A stretch of 63,916 nt of DNA, filler included, from Octopus bimaculoides (lineage: Eukaryota), in assembly GCF_001194135.2 (NCBI RefSeq). It is 8 parts of 8 records of this genome, joined end to end, with 100 filler letters (N's around TTAATTAATTAA, not from the genome) between each part and the next. Parts side by side here need not be neighbours in the genome. Positions count along the whole stretch, not along the records: positions 5,708 to 25,955 come from NC_068981.1; positions 26,056 to 32,477 come from NC_069001.1; 6 more parts are not named here. The stretch is one strand, 5' to 3'. The notes below the pieces were generated by a model. The model worked only from the letters and a program-made list of their open reading frames with translations, did no database searches and was not told the DNA's origin. Each line of letters opens with the position of its first letter. The first letter of the stretch is position 1. Position numbers and translations under genes: made by a program. Of the stretch, positions 12,801 to 26,172 are shown one piece after another.

Positions 12801-14135
12801 GATGAATCTTTTATCAACTTTGGCCGTGGATGGAAATCAGAGATTTGAAATCAGAACGTAGATATACAGAATAATTAGTAAAACTCATTCAGTTCGACAT
12901 AATAGTTTTCCCGGTTTTCGTTCCACTGCTTTCTTAATAAATGATTTCTAACACAAACATAAGATGCATTCAGTAGGATATGTTTTCGCGGTTCATTTGA
13001 TGATTTCAATTTATTACTTACTCTGGTGTTGTAGTAGAAAAGGATCGTGTCATTGAAGCCTAGGTAACTGGAACATATGTATGCTTTATCGCACATCCTT
13101 GATTTTAAATTTTGCACAAATTGACTTTGCTCGTTTGCTCCGAAGTTAATAAAACCACTATTAATACTATATTGTCTCGCTTCTAAATTGCTCTTCACTT
13201 CATCTGGTCTCTTCTGTTGCTAATAAAACGGCAACTGGTTCTATATTACTTAACTCTGTACCGGTCCACCTACGTCCAATAACGCATCCTTTTATCTTAA
13301 TTTTCCATCATTGTCATCCTGATAATTTACATTATGTTATAAACTTGCTTACTATTGAACTCTCTTCTCTGTTTCTCCCCTCTCTCTCTCCCCTCTCTCT
13401 CTCNNNNNNNNNNNNNNNNNNNNNNNNNNNNNNNNNNNNNNNNNNNNNNNNNNNNNNNNNNNNNNNNNNNNNNNNNNNNNNNNNNNNNNNNNNNNNNNNN
13501 NNNNNNNNNNNNNNNNNNNNNNNNNNNNNNNNNNNNNNNNNNNNNNNNNNNNNNNNNNNNNNNNNNNNNNNNNNNNNNNNNNNNNNNNNNNNNNNNNNNN
13601 NNNNNNNNNNNNNNNNNNNNNNNNNNNNNNNNNNNNNNNNNNNNNNNNNNNNNNNNNNNNNNNNNNNNNNNNNNNNNNNNNNNNNNNNNNNNNNNNNNNN
13701 NNNNNNNNNNNNNNNNNNNNNNNNNNNNNNNNNNNNNNNNNNNNNNNNNNNNNNNNNNNNNNNNNNNNNNNNNNNNNNNNNNNNNNNNNNNNNNNNNNNN
13801 NNNNNNNNNNNNNNNNNNNNNNNNNNNNNNNNNNNNNNNNNNNNNNNNNNNNNNNNNNNNNNNNNNNNNNNNNNNNNNNNNNNNNNNNNNNNNNNNNNNN
13901 NNNNNNNNNNNNNNNNNNNNNNNNNNNNNNNNNNNNNNNNNNNNNNNNNNNNNNNNNNNNNNNNNNNNNNNNNNNNNNNNNNNNNNNNNNNNNNNNNNNN
14001 NNNNNNNNNNNNNNNNNNNNNNNNNNNNNNNNNNNNNNNNNNNNNNNNNNNNNNNNNNNNNNNNNNNNNNNNNNNNNNNNNNNNNNNNNNNNNNNNNNNN
14101 NNNNNNNNNNNNNNNNNNNNNNNNNNNNNNNNNNN

Positions 14136-14167
<32 letters not shown>

Positions 14168-14758
14168 GCGCGCGCGCATGTGTTATAAAATTCGTGTTGA
14201 CAGAGACATTAAGTTTCCCTGATACATTCAAGACGAATTTTATAAATTTTATTCTACTTTCAGTATTATATCACTGCCAACAATAACAGTTCTGGCGTTA
14301 TCACCAAACTTACTTTCAAGTAATAACGTTAACGTAATGTGACCATGTATGTATGTATGTATGTATGTACGTACGATACAAGTACAAAACTGTAACCAAT
14401 ACAATTTTAGTTCATCAACCGAAATTTTGTAGCAATGCGTACCTAACAACTCTGCAGGTGGTCGGTTTTACAACATTATCTGCATGTGAATTAAACAAAC
14501 GAAAAGAATCGACCTTATATATAGTTCATGAAGAAAATACGGAATATTTACCAAAGTTGTCTCGAACTTAAAATAACATGCATTCTCCCTAGTTTTCTGT
14601 ATTTTTTGGACTTCATATTCTGAATATTTTCAGTTTTTGGTTTCTTTATATGTATCATGTACATATATGTATACATGTATATGTATCACGCACACACGCA
14701 CACACACATACACACACATACACACACATATATACATATAAATAAATATACATGTATA

Positions 14759-14800
<42 letters not shown>

Positions 14801-15049
14801 NNNNNNNNNNNNNNNNNNNNNNNNNNNNNNNNNNNNNNNNNNNNNNNNNNNNNNNNNNNNNNNNNNNNNNNNNNNNNNNNNNNNNNNNNNNNNNNNNNNN
14901 NNNNNNNNNNNNNNNNNNNNNNNNNNNNNNNNNNNNNNNNNNNNNNNNNNNNNNNNNNNNNNNNNNNNNNNNNNNNNNNNNNNNNNNNNNNNNNNNNNNN
15001 NNNNNNNNNNNNNNNNNNNNNNNNNAGAGAGAGAGAGAGAGAGAGAGAG

Positions 15050-15380
15050 AAGCACATAGTGGTTACAGCGTCGAGCTTACGATCGTGAGGTTGTGAGTTC
15101 GAATCCCGGACCGGGCTGTGTGTTGTGTTCTTGAGCAAGACACTTTATTTCACGTTGTTCCAGTTCACTCAGCTGTAGAAATGAGTTGCGACGTCACTGA
15201 TGCCAAGCTGTATCGGCCTTTGCCTTTCCCTTGGATAACATCGGTGGCGTGGAGAGGGGAGGCCGGTATGCATGGGCGACTGCTGGTCTTCCATAAACAA
15301 CCTTGCCCGGACTTGTGCTTGGGAGGGTAACTTTCTACATGTAATCACATGGTCAGTCATGACCGAAGGTGGTCTCAGCA
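15050..15380 (+). mobile_element. tRNA-derived SINE family D
   Basis: A-box-like AGTGGTTA, B-box GAGTTCGAATCCC, CTTGAGCAAGACACTT core; related head at 28725-28860. Confidence 0.8.
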
Positions 15381-16724
15381 TAGAGTTTGTGATAGGGCAT
15401 TATGTGCACAAATCAATCTATCCAATTTAGTTACACCCGTTTCTTATATTGGATTACAATCAGTTTCTCCGGAGACAATTAAAGACAGCTCTCGGGAAGT
15501 GAAATCCAAACAAGTATTTTAATGTAGTCTGTACGATCCTTCGTTCTCTGCTCAGGGAGATATTGTATATGAAGACAAAGTGTCTTCAATCCACTATTAC
15601 ATACACTATTGGCTATATAGATCTATCCTGATCTGTCAGGAACGCAACCGTTTGATTACATACTGTCTCATCACAAGCGTGAAATAAACAGATATTGGAA
15701 GCCAACAGCATTTACATATGCATCGATATTATAAAGCAACAACAGAGTTTTTCCTTTTTTTTTTAAATATAAACAAATAAAATATACAAACAAATAAAAA
15801 TATTTTACTTGGAAGTGATAAAAATAGAAGATACACAATAGTCAAACGAATGTCTAAGTAGATTATTATGAAACTCGTCTGTACGTAAATTTTTAATTGA
15901 ATTCAGAGAATGAAATTATTTGATTAACATTCTTATCAGTCCTAGAAACTAATGGAAAATAAAGAAGATAAATTTTGCCAAAATAATCAAACAACCTAAA
16001 TTTATTGTTATCTGTAATCAAAGTATGAGAAGATACAGAAGACAACGGACAATATTCATATTAAAAGTGAAGTATCAAATCTCACTTAAAAAGTCTACAA
16101 TTTGTCGACAAAATGTCCTCCTGTATTAATCTTCTTTGCGTCAGTTGTCTGTACAAAATAAAGAAAAAAATAATTAAAAAATATTACGAGACAAATAAAA
16201 ACATGCCGAGCATGACTTCAAAACTCGAATCTACGTAAATTTAATGAATACCTAGTTCGAATACATAAAAGTAAAAATAAAAACACAGTGCAAAATGAGG
16301 CTAAGTGCACTTAATGAATATTGCTAGAAAAACGAATGTAAGAATAAGAACTACATTAAGAAAAGCAATTGAAAATGAAAGTAAAAAAAAAAAGAATGCA
16401 GGAAATACACATTGAACATTTTTAAATTAACATATTCCATACACACACACACGCACTCACACACAAATGCACTCACACTGTTTTACAAATATTACTTTAA
16501 AATATTACTTAAACAACAACGCAATTTCATGAAGAAAATTATTGCAGTGATTTAGTTTCTATAAAGTTTAAGAACTTTTGGAGAGAAATGTGAGCTTGAA
16601 CAGCTTTGCACAAGTCACTCACAGATTTTCTTTTTCTTTTTTTTAATGAGCACAAAGATTTGTGTTTTCTATGAAACTTTCTTAAAATATTTCAATATGC
16701 AATATCGATTTCAAATTTTGACAC

Positions 16725-17770
16725 AAGAACAACAATTTCGGTGGAGGGGATAAGTTGATTACATCAACCCCAGTATTCAACTGGAATTTATTCTATCGAC
16801 CCCGGAAGGATGAAAAGCAAAGTCGACAGCCGCAGAATTTGAACTCAGAACTTAAAGACAGACGAAATGCCGCTAAGCATTTGGCTCGGCGTTCTATCAA
16901 TTCTGCCGGCTTGCTGCCTTATTTTAATATGTAATATAAATTAACAGATATTTCAAAGGAAAACAAGTTCGGATTAGCAGTTAAATGATCGGAAACGTGT
17001 ATTCGTAACTCGGAGTACTGGAATCGTGAGCCGTTTAGTTACAAATTTATTCAAGAATACTCTTGAGTAATTAAAGAAAGTTAGCTATTACATGATTTAA
17101 TTTTTAGTATATTGTTATTCTCGAGTCAAATTTAAATTGAATCTAAATTTTAACCAAGTTTAGATTAACATTACGGTTCTTTCAAAATTGGTATGAATTT
17201 CCTCAATAAAATCGTTTCTTTTTCTCTTCTTCTCACTTCATATGTGCCACAACGTTTAAAAATTAGAAATATAAAGAAATATTTGTTTCAAATTTTGGCC
17301 CAAGGCCAGTGATTTCAAGGGAGGAGGTAAGTCGATTACATCGACTCCAGTGATCAACTGGCTCATTTTATCGATCCCGAAGTATGAAAGGTAAAGTTAA
17401 CCTTGGTGGAATTTGAACGGAGATCGTAAAGGCGGACGAAATGCCGCTAAGCATTTCCCCGGTGGACTAATGATTCCGCCTGCTCGTGGCCTTTATATAA
17501 AGAAATATTTATGGCTGTATGTATGTACATACATAATATATACATGCATATTGGTTTCAAATTTCTGTACAAGAACAGCAATTTCATGGAAGGGGATAAG
17601 TCGATCACATCGACCTCCTCCTCTCCGTGCCCAACTGGTACTTATTTTATCGACCCAGAAAGAATGCAAAGCACAGTCGAACTCGGTAGAATTCGAACTC
17701 AGAACGTAAAAACGTGCGAAATGTGACTAAACATTTTGCCCAGCGTGCAAATAATGCTGCCAACTCGCTG
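16725..17770 (-). mobile_element. Three clustered, diverged copies of SINE family C
   Basis: Reverse complements of 3955-4166 at ~16725-16920, 17300-17470 and 17560-17770. Confidence 0.75.
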
Positions 17771-18199
17771 CCTTATGTTCAGTTACAAGAAAAACAAAAT
17801 TGCATAAACCTGATGGATTACTCTATACTTTTGTAGAATACAAATTTATTATTTTCAAATAAGAATATCATTGACAGTGTGTCGAAGTTTCAGCCAGCTA
17901 AGCTATCGTCGAACGCAGTCGAAGTCATTGTCAATAATATTTTTGTTTAAGAATTACATATATATATATATATATATATANNNNNNNNNNNNNNNNNNNN
18001 NNNNNNNNNNNTATATATAATTAATGTACATTTATACACAAAAGAGGTGTCCTGTTAAGGTCATCTCTTTTATGTAAAATGTACTCTAATTTTATATGAA
18101 TATGTTGTCTATTGACTATTTTATGCATGCTAGCCACTGGTAGAAAATTTCTCTAATTTTCCTACCCAATATGTGTGTATGTATGTATGTATGTATATA

Positions 18200-19100
18200 C
18201 AATGTGTTCGGGCTAGTTGCATGAAAAGGAAAAGAAAACATATTCCATCCAAAAATAAAAGTATTTTAAAAACCAAAAAATGCCAATTAGATTATGGCTG
18301 TGAGATAACTGTTTGCTCAAAGTAGCAGCCCTCAGCTTCCACCACTGCCTCAAGACGGCTCCAGAACCTGGCAATGCGTTCTTCACTGTGTCCCTGGGAA
18401 GATCTTCGTACACCTCCTTGATTTTGGATACCAGCTCGGCCTTAGAGTCGTAAGTAGAGCGGTTGATGTCATTCTTGACGCGCTACCACAAATAGTAATC
18501 TATGGGATTACAATCGTAGGAATTAAAAGCCGTAGGAATTCTCCGACAACCACTTCTGACACTTTGTGAAGGTATGACAAGAAACCAAGTCCTGATGCCA
18601 CGCATATGGTCTTCCAAGAGCAACCCACTCCAGTCAGGGTTTTTCACTGACCCCAGCAGTTTTATGTAACCATCTAAATTGAATCTTAAGCCCTGTTCAG
18701 AGATGTGAAATAGCATGATGTCATCCTCACTGGAGATTCATCCAAGGTTTGGAGAAACCTGGTTTTCATAATACGTGGAACATCACATGAATTGTAAGCA
18801 AGCCATCTGCTGTCCTGGGTGTTGCACAACTGATACTGGGAGAAATTCTTTTCATCTGAGAAAAACCAGATCATACCCATCTCAGCAGGATACCACAGTT
18901 TGTACAGGCGCTTCTTTGCCTTTTCAGGCTGTTCTTCTTGGCCTTGGTTGTCAAAATTTGTCCCTTTCCTCCTGCTGGTCATGGCTTCGTAGTCTCCATT
19001 GCAGCTGTCCATGTCACGTCTTATAAAGTCTTTGCAATGTTCACAGACCAACAGTCATGATGTCTGCATTTTGAAACCCAGCGCTAATTATCATGATATT
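18200..19100 (-). pseudogene. Tc1/mariner transposase pseudogene, most like the maT (DD37D) group
   Basis: WFFSDEKNF...QDSRWLA, then NSYDCNPIDYYLW (SPD.NP.DY..W-like); frameshifts and stops. Confidence 0.8.
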
Positions 19101-20346
19101 GATAAATCTTTTCCATTATTCAGATGGGTCCCAATCAGCTAACTTTAGCCAGTATATTGAGAGAGAAAGTTAGCTAGTCAGCTAACTTTAATCCAACTAC
19201 AGCCTTATTTCTGATGTTCTCCAACGCTGTTTACTGTTCACCAATACATGAAGTTATTCCTGAAGAAAAGCAGGCATAATAAATCTCAAATTTATCCCGA
19301 ACCTCCTGTATATGTGCATGTATGTCTACATATACGTTAGAATATACATCCATAAATATATTTTCAATGAATCTTATTTTCATAAATGAATACGGAAAGA
19401 GACATAAATACATATATGTAAATATATATATATATACATGTGTGTGTGTGTGTAATAAACTCTTTCCCGTCTTTCTACTGTCCAGTTAAAAATGCTGATT
19501 GTGAACTTTTTACTTGTTCTTTACTCTCTATATATATACATATGTGTGTATATATGTGTATATGTGTGTATGTATATGTACACACATACGTATGCATATA
19601 TACAAAGATAGATATATAAATATGTCTCACTTTTCTTTCTCTATCGCTCTCTCTCTCTCTCTCTCTCTCNNNNNNNNNNNNNNATATATATATATATATA
19701 TATACGGAGGCTTAGGATGTATAATATTTGTAATAACTGCTCATCTTGTAAAAACATTTATTGTTGTTGGAGCTGTCTACATTTAGTAGGAAAAAACTTT
19801 AATGCAGCTGAAAATATTTTTGTGAAGTAAATTTTTCTCTAGAGGAAGAAAATAATACAAACACATTTAGAATACACCAATCATTTATGTTAACTTTCAG
19901 TTAGTATTAGTTACGATCGTATATATTTCATATTACATATCTTGTGAATATTTCTATGTGCTTGTGTATATCTTTTCTTATGTTTTGTGCACGTTTGCTA
20001 TTGCGTGTGAATGTGTGTGTGTGTGTATGTACGCGTGTGGGGGGGTGAGAGAGAGAGAGAGAGAGTTTGATATGAGTCTTTTTATGTATGTATTTATCTA
20101 TGCATATAGCACGTTCTTTTCATGCATGATCTTAGATTACATGGGCCAGACCATTTTATCGTGACGCTGCGTAGTTTACTCTAAAAGTTAGAATAACGGA
20201 CTTTCAATTTAGTATTATATAGATAATAAAATAATCAAAAAGTTAGAAAATGTGCCGAAATTGGCTAATATGCTAATTCACTACCTAAATGGAAATTAAA
20301 GAACAAAAATATTTTTGCTCTGAAATATTTTAAAAGTGTCAAACAC

Positions 20347-21317
20347 GGATCTTCTCCTTTTGATGGGAAGCTCGATTAATTGATTTTCTTTAGCTAAATA
20401 CTTTGAAAATTCGTACACTGATAGAATGTGTCATATAGAACAACTTTTACTCTTAGCATTGTTGAGAAAAGTTTCTATTTTCGAAGTTATTTCGTGTTAA
20501 AGTTTTCGTATTTCGGTAATTTCAACCAATCAATGACGTGTATTCAGCTGAATAAAATTACTGCTTTAGTTTGTCAACAACAACTATCGGCGGTGTATAT
20601 TTCGTTTGTCAGTGTTATCTATGACATATTTCCTCTCAGTTACGATTGTATGAATAAACGAGTGTATCTGAAGCACGTTTACTACATGACACCACCATAA
20701 TCGTTCGTGCGTTTCTACTGCTTTTAGGTTTTTTGCTTGTTTTCAGCTACTATTTTCGGAAAGACTTCTTTCCGTCCCCCCACCCCACCCTATTTTCTCG
20801 CAAATTATTGTTTTTATTTATTTATTTAGCCAAAAACCCAGCTTTTCGGATACGGAGATTCGGAAAAATTGCCATTTTTGCCCTCCCCCTCCAATTTCTT
20901 CATTTTTCACTTTTTTCCGTAACCTTAACCCTAACTCAAAAATCCAAACCCTAACCCTAAAACACTAACCCTAACCCTAACACTAAAACCCTAACCCTAA
21001 AACCCTAAAGCTAAAACCAGTACAAACGTACGAACGATGTCATAAATAACAATGACAAACGAAATATACACCGCCGATAATTGTTGTTGACAAACTACAG
21101 CAGTAATTTTATTCAGCTGAATACACGTCATTGATTGGTTGAAATTACCGAAATACGACAACTTTAACACGAAATAACTTCGAAAATAGAAACTTTTCAC
21201 AACAACGCTAAGAGTAAATGATGTTCTATATGACACATTCTACCTGTATACGAAGTTTCAAACTGCTTAGTTAAAGAAAATTAATTAATCGAGCTGCCCA
21301 TCAAAAGGAAAAGATCC
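20347..21317. mobile_element. 971-bp foldback DNA transposon with 281-bp TIRs and 8-bp TSD (Merlin- or Mutator-like)
   Basis: TIRs 20347-20627 and 21037-21317 start GGATCTT; TSD TCAAACAC at 20339-20346 and 21318-21325; CCCTAA repeats at 20920-21015. Confidence 0.85.
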
Positions 21318-23479
21318 TCAAACACGAGTAATATATTAAAAGAATGGAGCCTGTGCACGGTTGAAGCAAAGTTCTTTCTTCATGAACTTTTCACACAACA
21401 AAAGTCCAAGAAAATTATATTATGCAGCCACAAATTTCTTAAAACATTCCTTTATTATAAGGTGGATAAAATTATTTTTTCGAATTTATACTACTTTGAT
21501 CTCTTATATACTATCAACATATTCTCTAATGGTTATAAACGCCTCTGTCTTTCAACAATTAGGTTTAAAGATTAATATTTTAATATTAAAGATATTTAAA
21601 GATTAAAATATTCATCTGGTCTTTCATGATTTAAAGCTTAAAGATTAATATTTTCATCTGAGCCTTCATCATTTTGATGTTACTGAATTTTCTTTTTTCC
21701 TCTTTTCCACTTACTGCATATAGTTTGTGTTGATGACGCTTACCTATACCTTGGGTCAAGTCTGTATGTATGTATTGGATATTATATTTCTATCATGTTC
21801 CACGTACTTTGTATCTGACTATCGAATAATAGTTTGTTGATACACCTACTAATACACCTAGTATTATATACCGATGCTGATATAGTTATGTCTTAATCTA
21901 CTTGTTAAATTTTTCCCTGTGCTACTTTCCGCAAATATATATTTTTCATCCTTTCGCAGTTTATAGGTCTTATTAGCTTTGTATCTTATTCTTTATATTT
22001 TTTCTATGTAATTATACTTTTTTTGTTATTTTCTAAAATTAAATTATCATAATTCTGCTGGGACTTCATTGCAGTAATATAACATTACACTTAATACTTT
22101 CTCTTTACTCTTTTACTTTTATTACTATATTATAAGGTGAATTTTAAATAATTTGTTATTTAATTAGGTCCACACAGAGAATTTTTTCCCATTTTTATTG
22201 TTGTTTTGTGTTTACACTGCTCCCATAAGTAACGATATTCTGATGTGTTCGTTACGTCATTTTTATCACATTTTCTGCTGTTTTCTTTGATAACTGTGTT
22301 AGTTAATTTCAATATTCTCTTAATTGTAGATCATAGGAATTTATCAACGTTTCTTATTTTTATATTTGTATATTGATGACACAAATTAAATTATATTAAT
22401 TTGGTTTACCGTTTCTGTAATGAAATTCTGAGAACAGATACTATTAGACTCTAATTTGAATATATAGAAGAAATTGTAAATGGATTTAGCAATGTCTTCT
22501 CTAGGATTTTTGCAACAGTGTCTGCTCTTGGATTATCGACAACAAAACTCGTACCACCACCAGGCTAGTTTGGTGAAGAAGGTTAATAAAAACTTGTGGA
22601 GTGAATGGGTGTGCCAAGAAAAAGGTCGTCAGTTCGTCATTGATTATCAGGCTGCAGTGCGGGAGGACATAAAAATGCACGAAATAATAAACGAGTTCAC
22701 TCTTTGACCACTGAAACTGATTGCTAGATGTATGATTTTAATTGTTGTGAAAACAGTGTCTCTAGGAGAAGGTCACTCCGAATTAAAGTCTGAGAAGTCA
22801 AGTCAGTATAATGATATCTTTTATCTCCAACTATATGTAACACCCAACGACCTTCAGTATTTTCTTTAGCTTTTATTGATTTTACTCAAAGCCAAGGTGG
22901 TATTCAAGCTATATCTTCTTTTTATACCTGATATCTACGCACAGGTCTATGCACAGGTCTATGCACAGGTGTTGTTTGTTAGCATGGAGTTGCTTCACGT
23001 TTCGTTAACAAGCAGTTGTCATACGAATTAGTGAGTCTCGAAAAAGTGCCTCAATACGTTCGGATGATACTGCTTTGGTAGATGCTTCTCGTACGCATTG
23101 GCATGGGTCGTCCATTTGCTCTCCTAACACTATTTACCTGGGCGTGCAGGGTTAAGCCACAAAAACCTACACGTATCGCGTTGTTGTGTGGATTGTGTGG
23201 CCGGTAGCATGTGTTGTCAGGATGGTTTTCACTGTATAATACACGTCCGTTATTGCAGACAGTGCCTATAGCTTCTCACATATGCGTGTCCCATACCTCT
23301 ATAGTCAAAACTATCGAGTGCCCAAGGCGGTTAGTACATATGTGTATGGTATTTGTATGTGCATGAATATATGGGTAAACACTCTGCTTAGTTTGCATAC
23401 ACGGTATGTGTTTTTTTGTTTATGAACATGTGCAAACACATGACACAAAATCCTCCTGTGTGTATGCATGCATTTATTC

Positions 23480-23845
23480 TTTTTCTTTTACTTGTTTCAC
23501 TCATTTGACTGTGGCCATGCTGGAATACCACCTTAAGCCGAACAAATCGACTAAGGACTTATTCTTTGTTAGCCTAGTACTTATTCCATCGTTCATTTTT
23601 GCCGAACCTCTAAGTTTCGATGACATAAACACACCAACATCAGTTGTCAAGCGATGGTGGGGAAACAGACACAGACACGCACACATAAATATATACGACG
23701 GGATTCTTTCGTTTTCCGTCTACCAAATCACTCACACGGCTTTAGTTGGCCCAAGGTTATAGTAGAAAATATGTGCTCAAGGTGCCACGCAGTGGGACTG
23801 AACCCGGAACCATATGGTTGGGAAGCAAGCTTCTTACCATACAGC
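23480..23845 (-). mobile_element. SINE family B copy
   Basis: Colinear with 9231-9644. Confidence 0.85.
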
Positions 23846-25845
23846 CTGTGTATGTATATGTATGTATGTATATATATATANNNNNNNNNNNNNNNNNNNN
23901 NNNNNNNNNNNNNNNNNNNNNNNNNNNNNNNNNNNNNNNNNNNNNNNNNNNNNNNNNNNNNNNNNNNNNNNNNNNNNNNNNNNNNNNNNNNNNNNNNNNN
24001 NNNNNNNNNNNNNNNNNNNNNNNNNNNNNNNNNNNNNNNNNNNNNNNNNNNNNNNNNNNNNNNNNNNNNNNNNNNNNNNNNNNNNNNNNNNNNNNNNNNN
24101 NNNNNNNNNNNNNNNNNNNNNNNNNNNNNNNNNNNNNNNNNNNNNNNNNNNNNNNNNNNNNNNNNNNNNNNNNNNNNNNNNNNNNNNNNNNNNNNNNNNN
24201 NNNNNNNNNNNNNNNNNNNNNNNNNNNNNNNNNNNNNNNNNNNNNNNNNNNNNNNNNNNNNNNNNNNNNNNNNNNNNNNNNNNNNNNNNNNNNNNNNNNN
24301 NNNNNNNNNNNNNNNNNNNNNNNNNNNNNNNNNNNNNNNNNNNNNNNNNNNNNNNNNNNNNNNNNNNNNNNNNNNNNNNNNNNNNNNNNNNNNNNNNNNN
24401 NNNNNNNNNNNNNNNNNNNNNNNNNNNNNNNNNNNNNNNNNNNNNNNNNNNNNNNNNNNNNNNNNNNNNNNNNNNNNNNNNNNNNNNNNNNNNNNNNNNN
24501 NNNNNNNNNNNNNNNNNNNNNNNNNNNNNNNNNNNNNNNNNNNNNNNNNNNNNNNNNNNNNNNNNNNNNNNNNNNNNNNNNNNNNNNNNNNNNNNNNNNN
24601 NNNNNNNNNNNNNNNNNNNNNNNNNNNNNNNNNNNNNNNNNNNNNNNNNNNNNNNNNNNNNNNNNNNNNNNNNNNNNNNNNNNNNNNNNNNNNNNNNNNN
24701 NNNNNNNNNNNNNNNNNNNNNNNNNNNNNNNNNNNNNNNNNNNNNNNNNNNNNNNNNNNNNNNNNNNNNNNNNNCAAACAGATAACAATACCTTACGTGA
24801 GTGAAGACTTTCTTTAGCCTGGGGTGCCGATGTTTTTCCTTTCCCTACCCATTGACATCTTTACAGAGAACCCATTTCTCATCACCAGTCACTACTCGGT
24901 CCAAAAAATGTTCATTCGTGAGACATGGCAGCAAAGAAGAGCAGACATTCACTCTCTGCGCGCGATTAGACTCGGAAAGTTTGTGATGAACCTATTGATT
25001 CAATTTGCTGGCTTTTCCGATGGCACGCAGGTGTCGATGAATGGTTGAATGACCAAATCCAAGCTTCTCCGCTAGTTACTCACTGGAATTTTATTCCACC
25101 AGGGTTTGCAGGACATCCTCGTCGAGCTCTACAGATCTTCCAGGACGAGGCTCGTCTTCTAGGCTAGAGTTTCGGGCTCGGCATTCTTGGAACCACCGTT
25201 AACACTGGCTTACGCTTATTGTCCGATCCCCATACATTGCATTAATATTCCACGCTTTTTCTGTTGTGTTGTTGCCTTTATTGAACTCATAAAGTAAATT
25301 ATGCCGAATATGCTCCTTTGTCACTTCCATTTTAGCTTTGAAAAAAATAACTGTTAAAATAGATCTGCACTCTTCAAAACTTGCACTAAAAATAAGTACA
25401 GGGTAAAATTACTACCTGCTTTTAAATCAAGTTGATGCAGGTAATTTATCCCGTCCCTCTCCGACTTTTAATTTATGCAATTGAAAAACCACATTATTTA
25501 TGGACTGGTCCAATACGTAGCATTGAGTACACTCTTCCTTCTCGGTTCACTAATAGAATTCAATAAAAATCTCTTTAGATAGATATTCTCCTTTCTGTCC
25601 ACTAAGCTTAATGCCATGGGATTGTTTGTATCAATGTTTAGAGCTATGGAATCTCAAGTACATTGTCACATACTTCTTCTGTGTAGATTTTATAAGAAAA
25701 TCCGTCATAAATTTGATCCAGTAATAAGTTAGGAGTATTATGAAATGCATAAACAAAGGTAATTTAGAAACAGATATGCTGAATAAGTCAATGGAAATTT
25801 TAATTTATTTCAAATCATCATGCAACCTTTTTAAAAGTAAATAAT

Positions 25846-25881
25846 AATAATAATAACAACAACAACAACAACAACAACAAC

Positions 25882-25932
<51 letters not shown>
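25846..25932. repeat. (AAT)n/(AAC)n compound microsatellite
   Basis: Direct reading. Confidence 0.95.
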
Positions 25933-25933
<1 letters not shown>

Positions 25934-26064
25934 TGTTATCATTGAGGCATGACGANNNNNNNNNNNNNNNNNNNNNNNNNNNNNNNNNNNNNNNNNNNNT
26001 TAATTAATTAANNNNNNNNNNNNNNNNNNNNNNNNNNNNNNNNNNNNNNNNNNNNCATACATAC

Positions 26065-26172
<108 letters not shown>

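Noticed and set aside
12790-12850. CTGATGA-ATC..GAT-GGAAATC hammerhead-like string
   Set aside because: Helix I cannot form; probably chance
14249-14345. LTLLLESKFGDNARTV resembling the kinesin LT.LL..SLGGN..T motif
   Set aside because: Register is shifted, no splice sites, abuts a microsatellite; likely coincidence
17858-17947. Short hairpin whose loop has a GAAAC motif on the minus strand
   Set aside because: The hairpin is real, but the core and helix III do not fit a ribozyme; no further evidence
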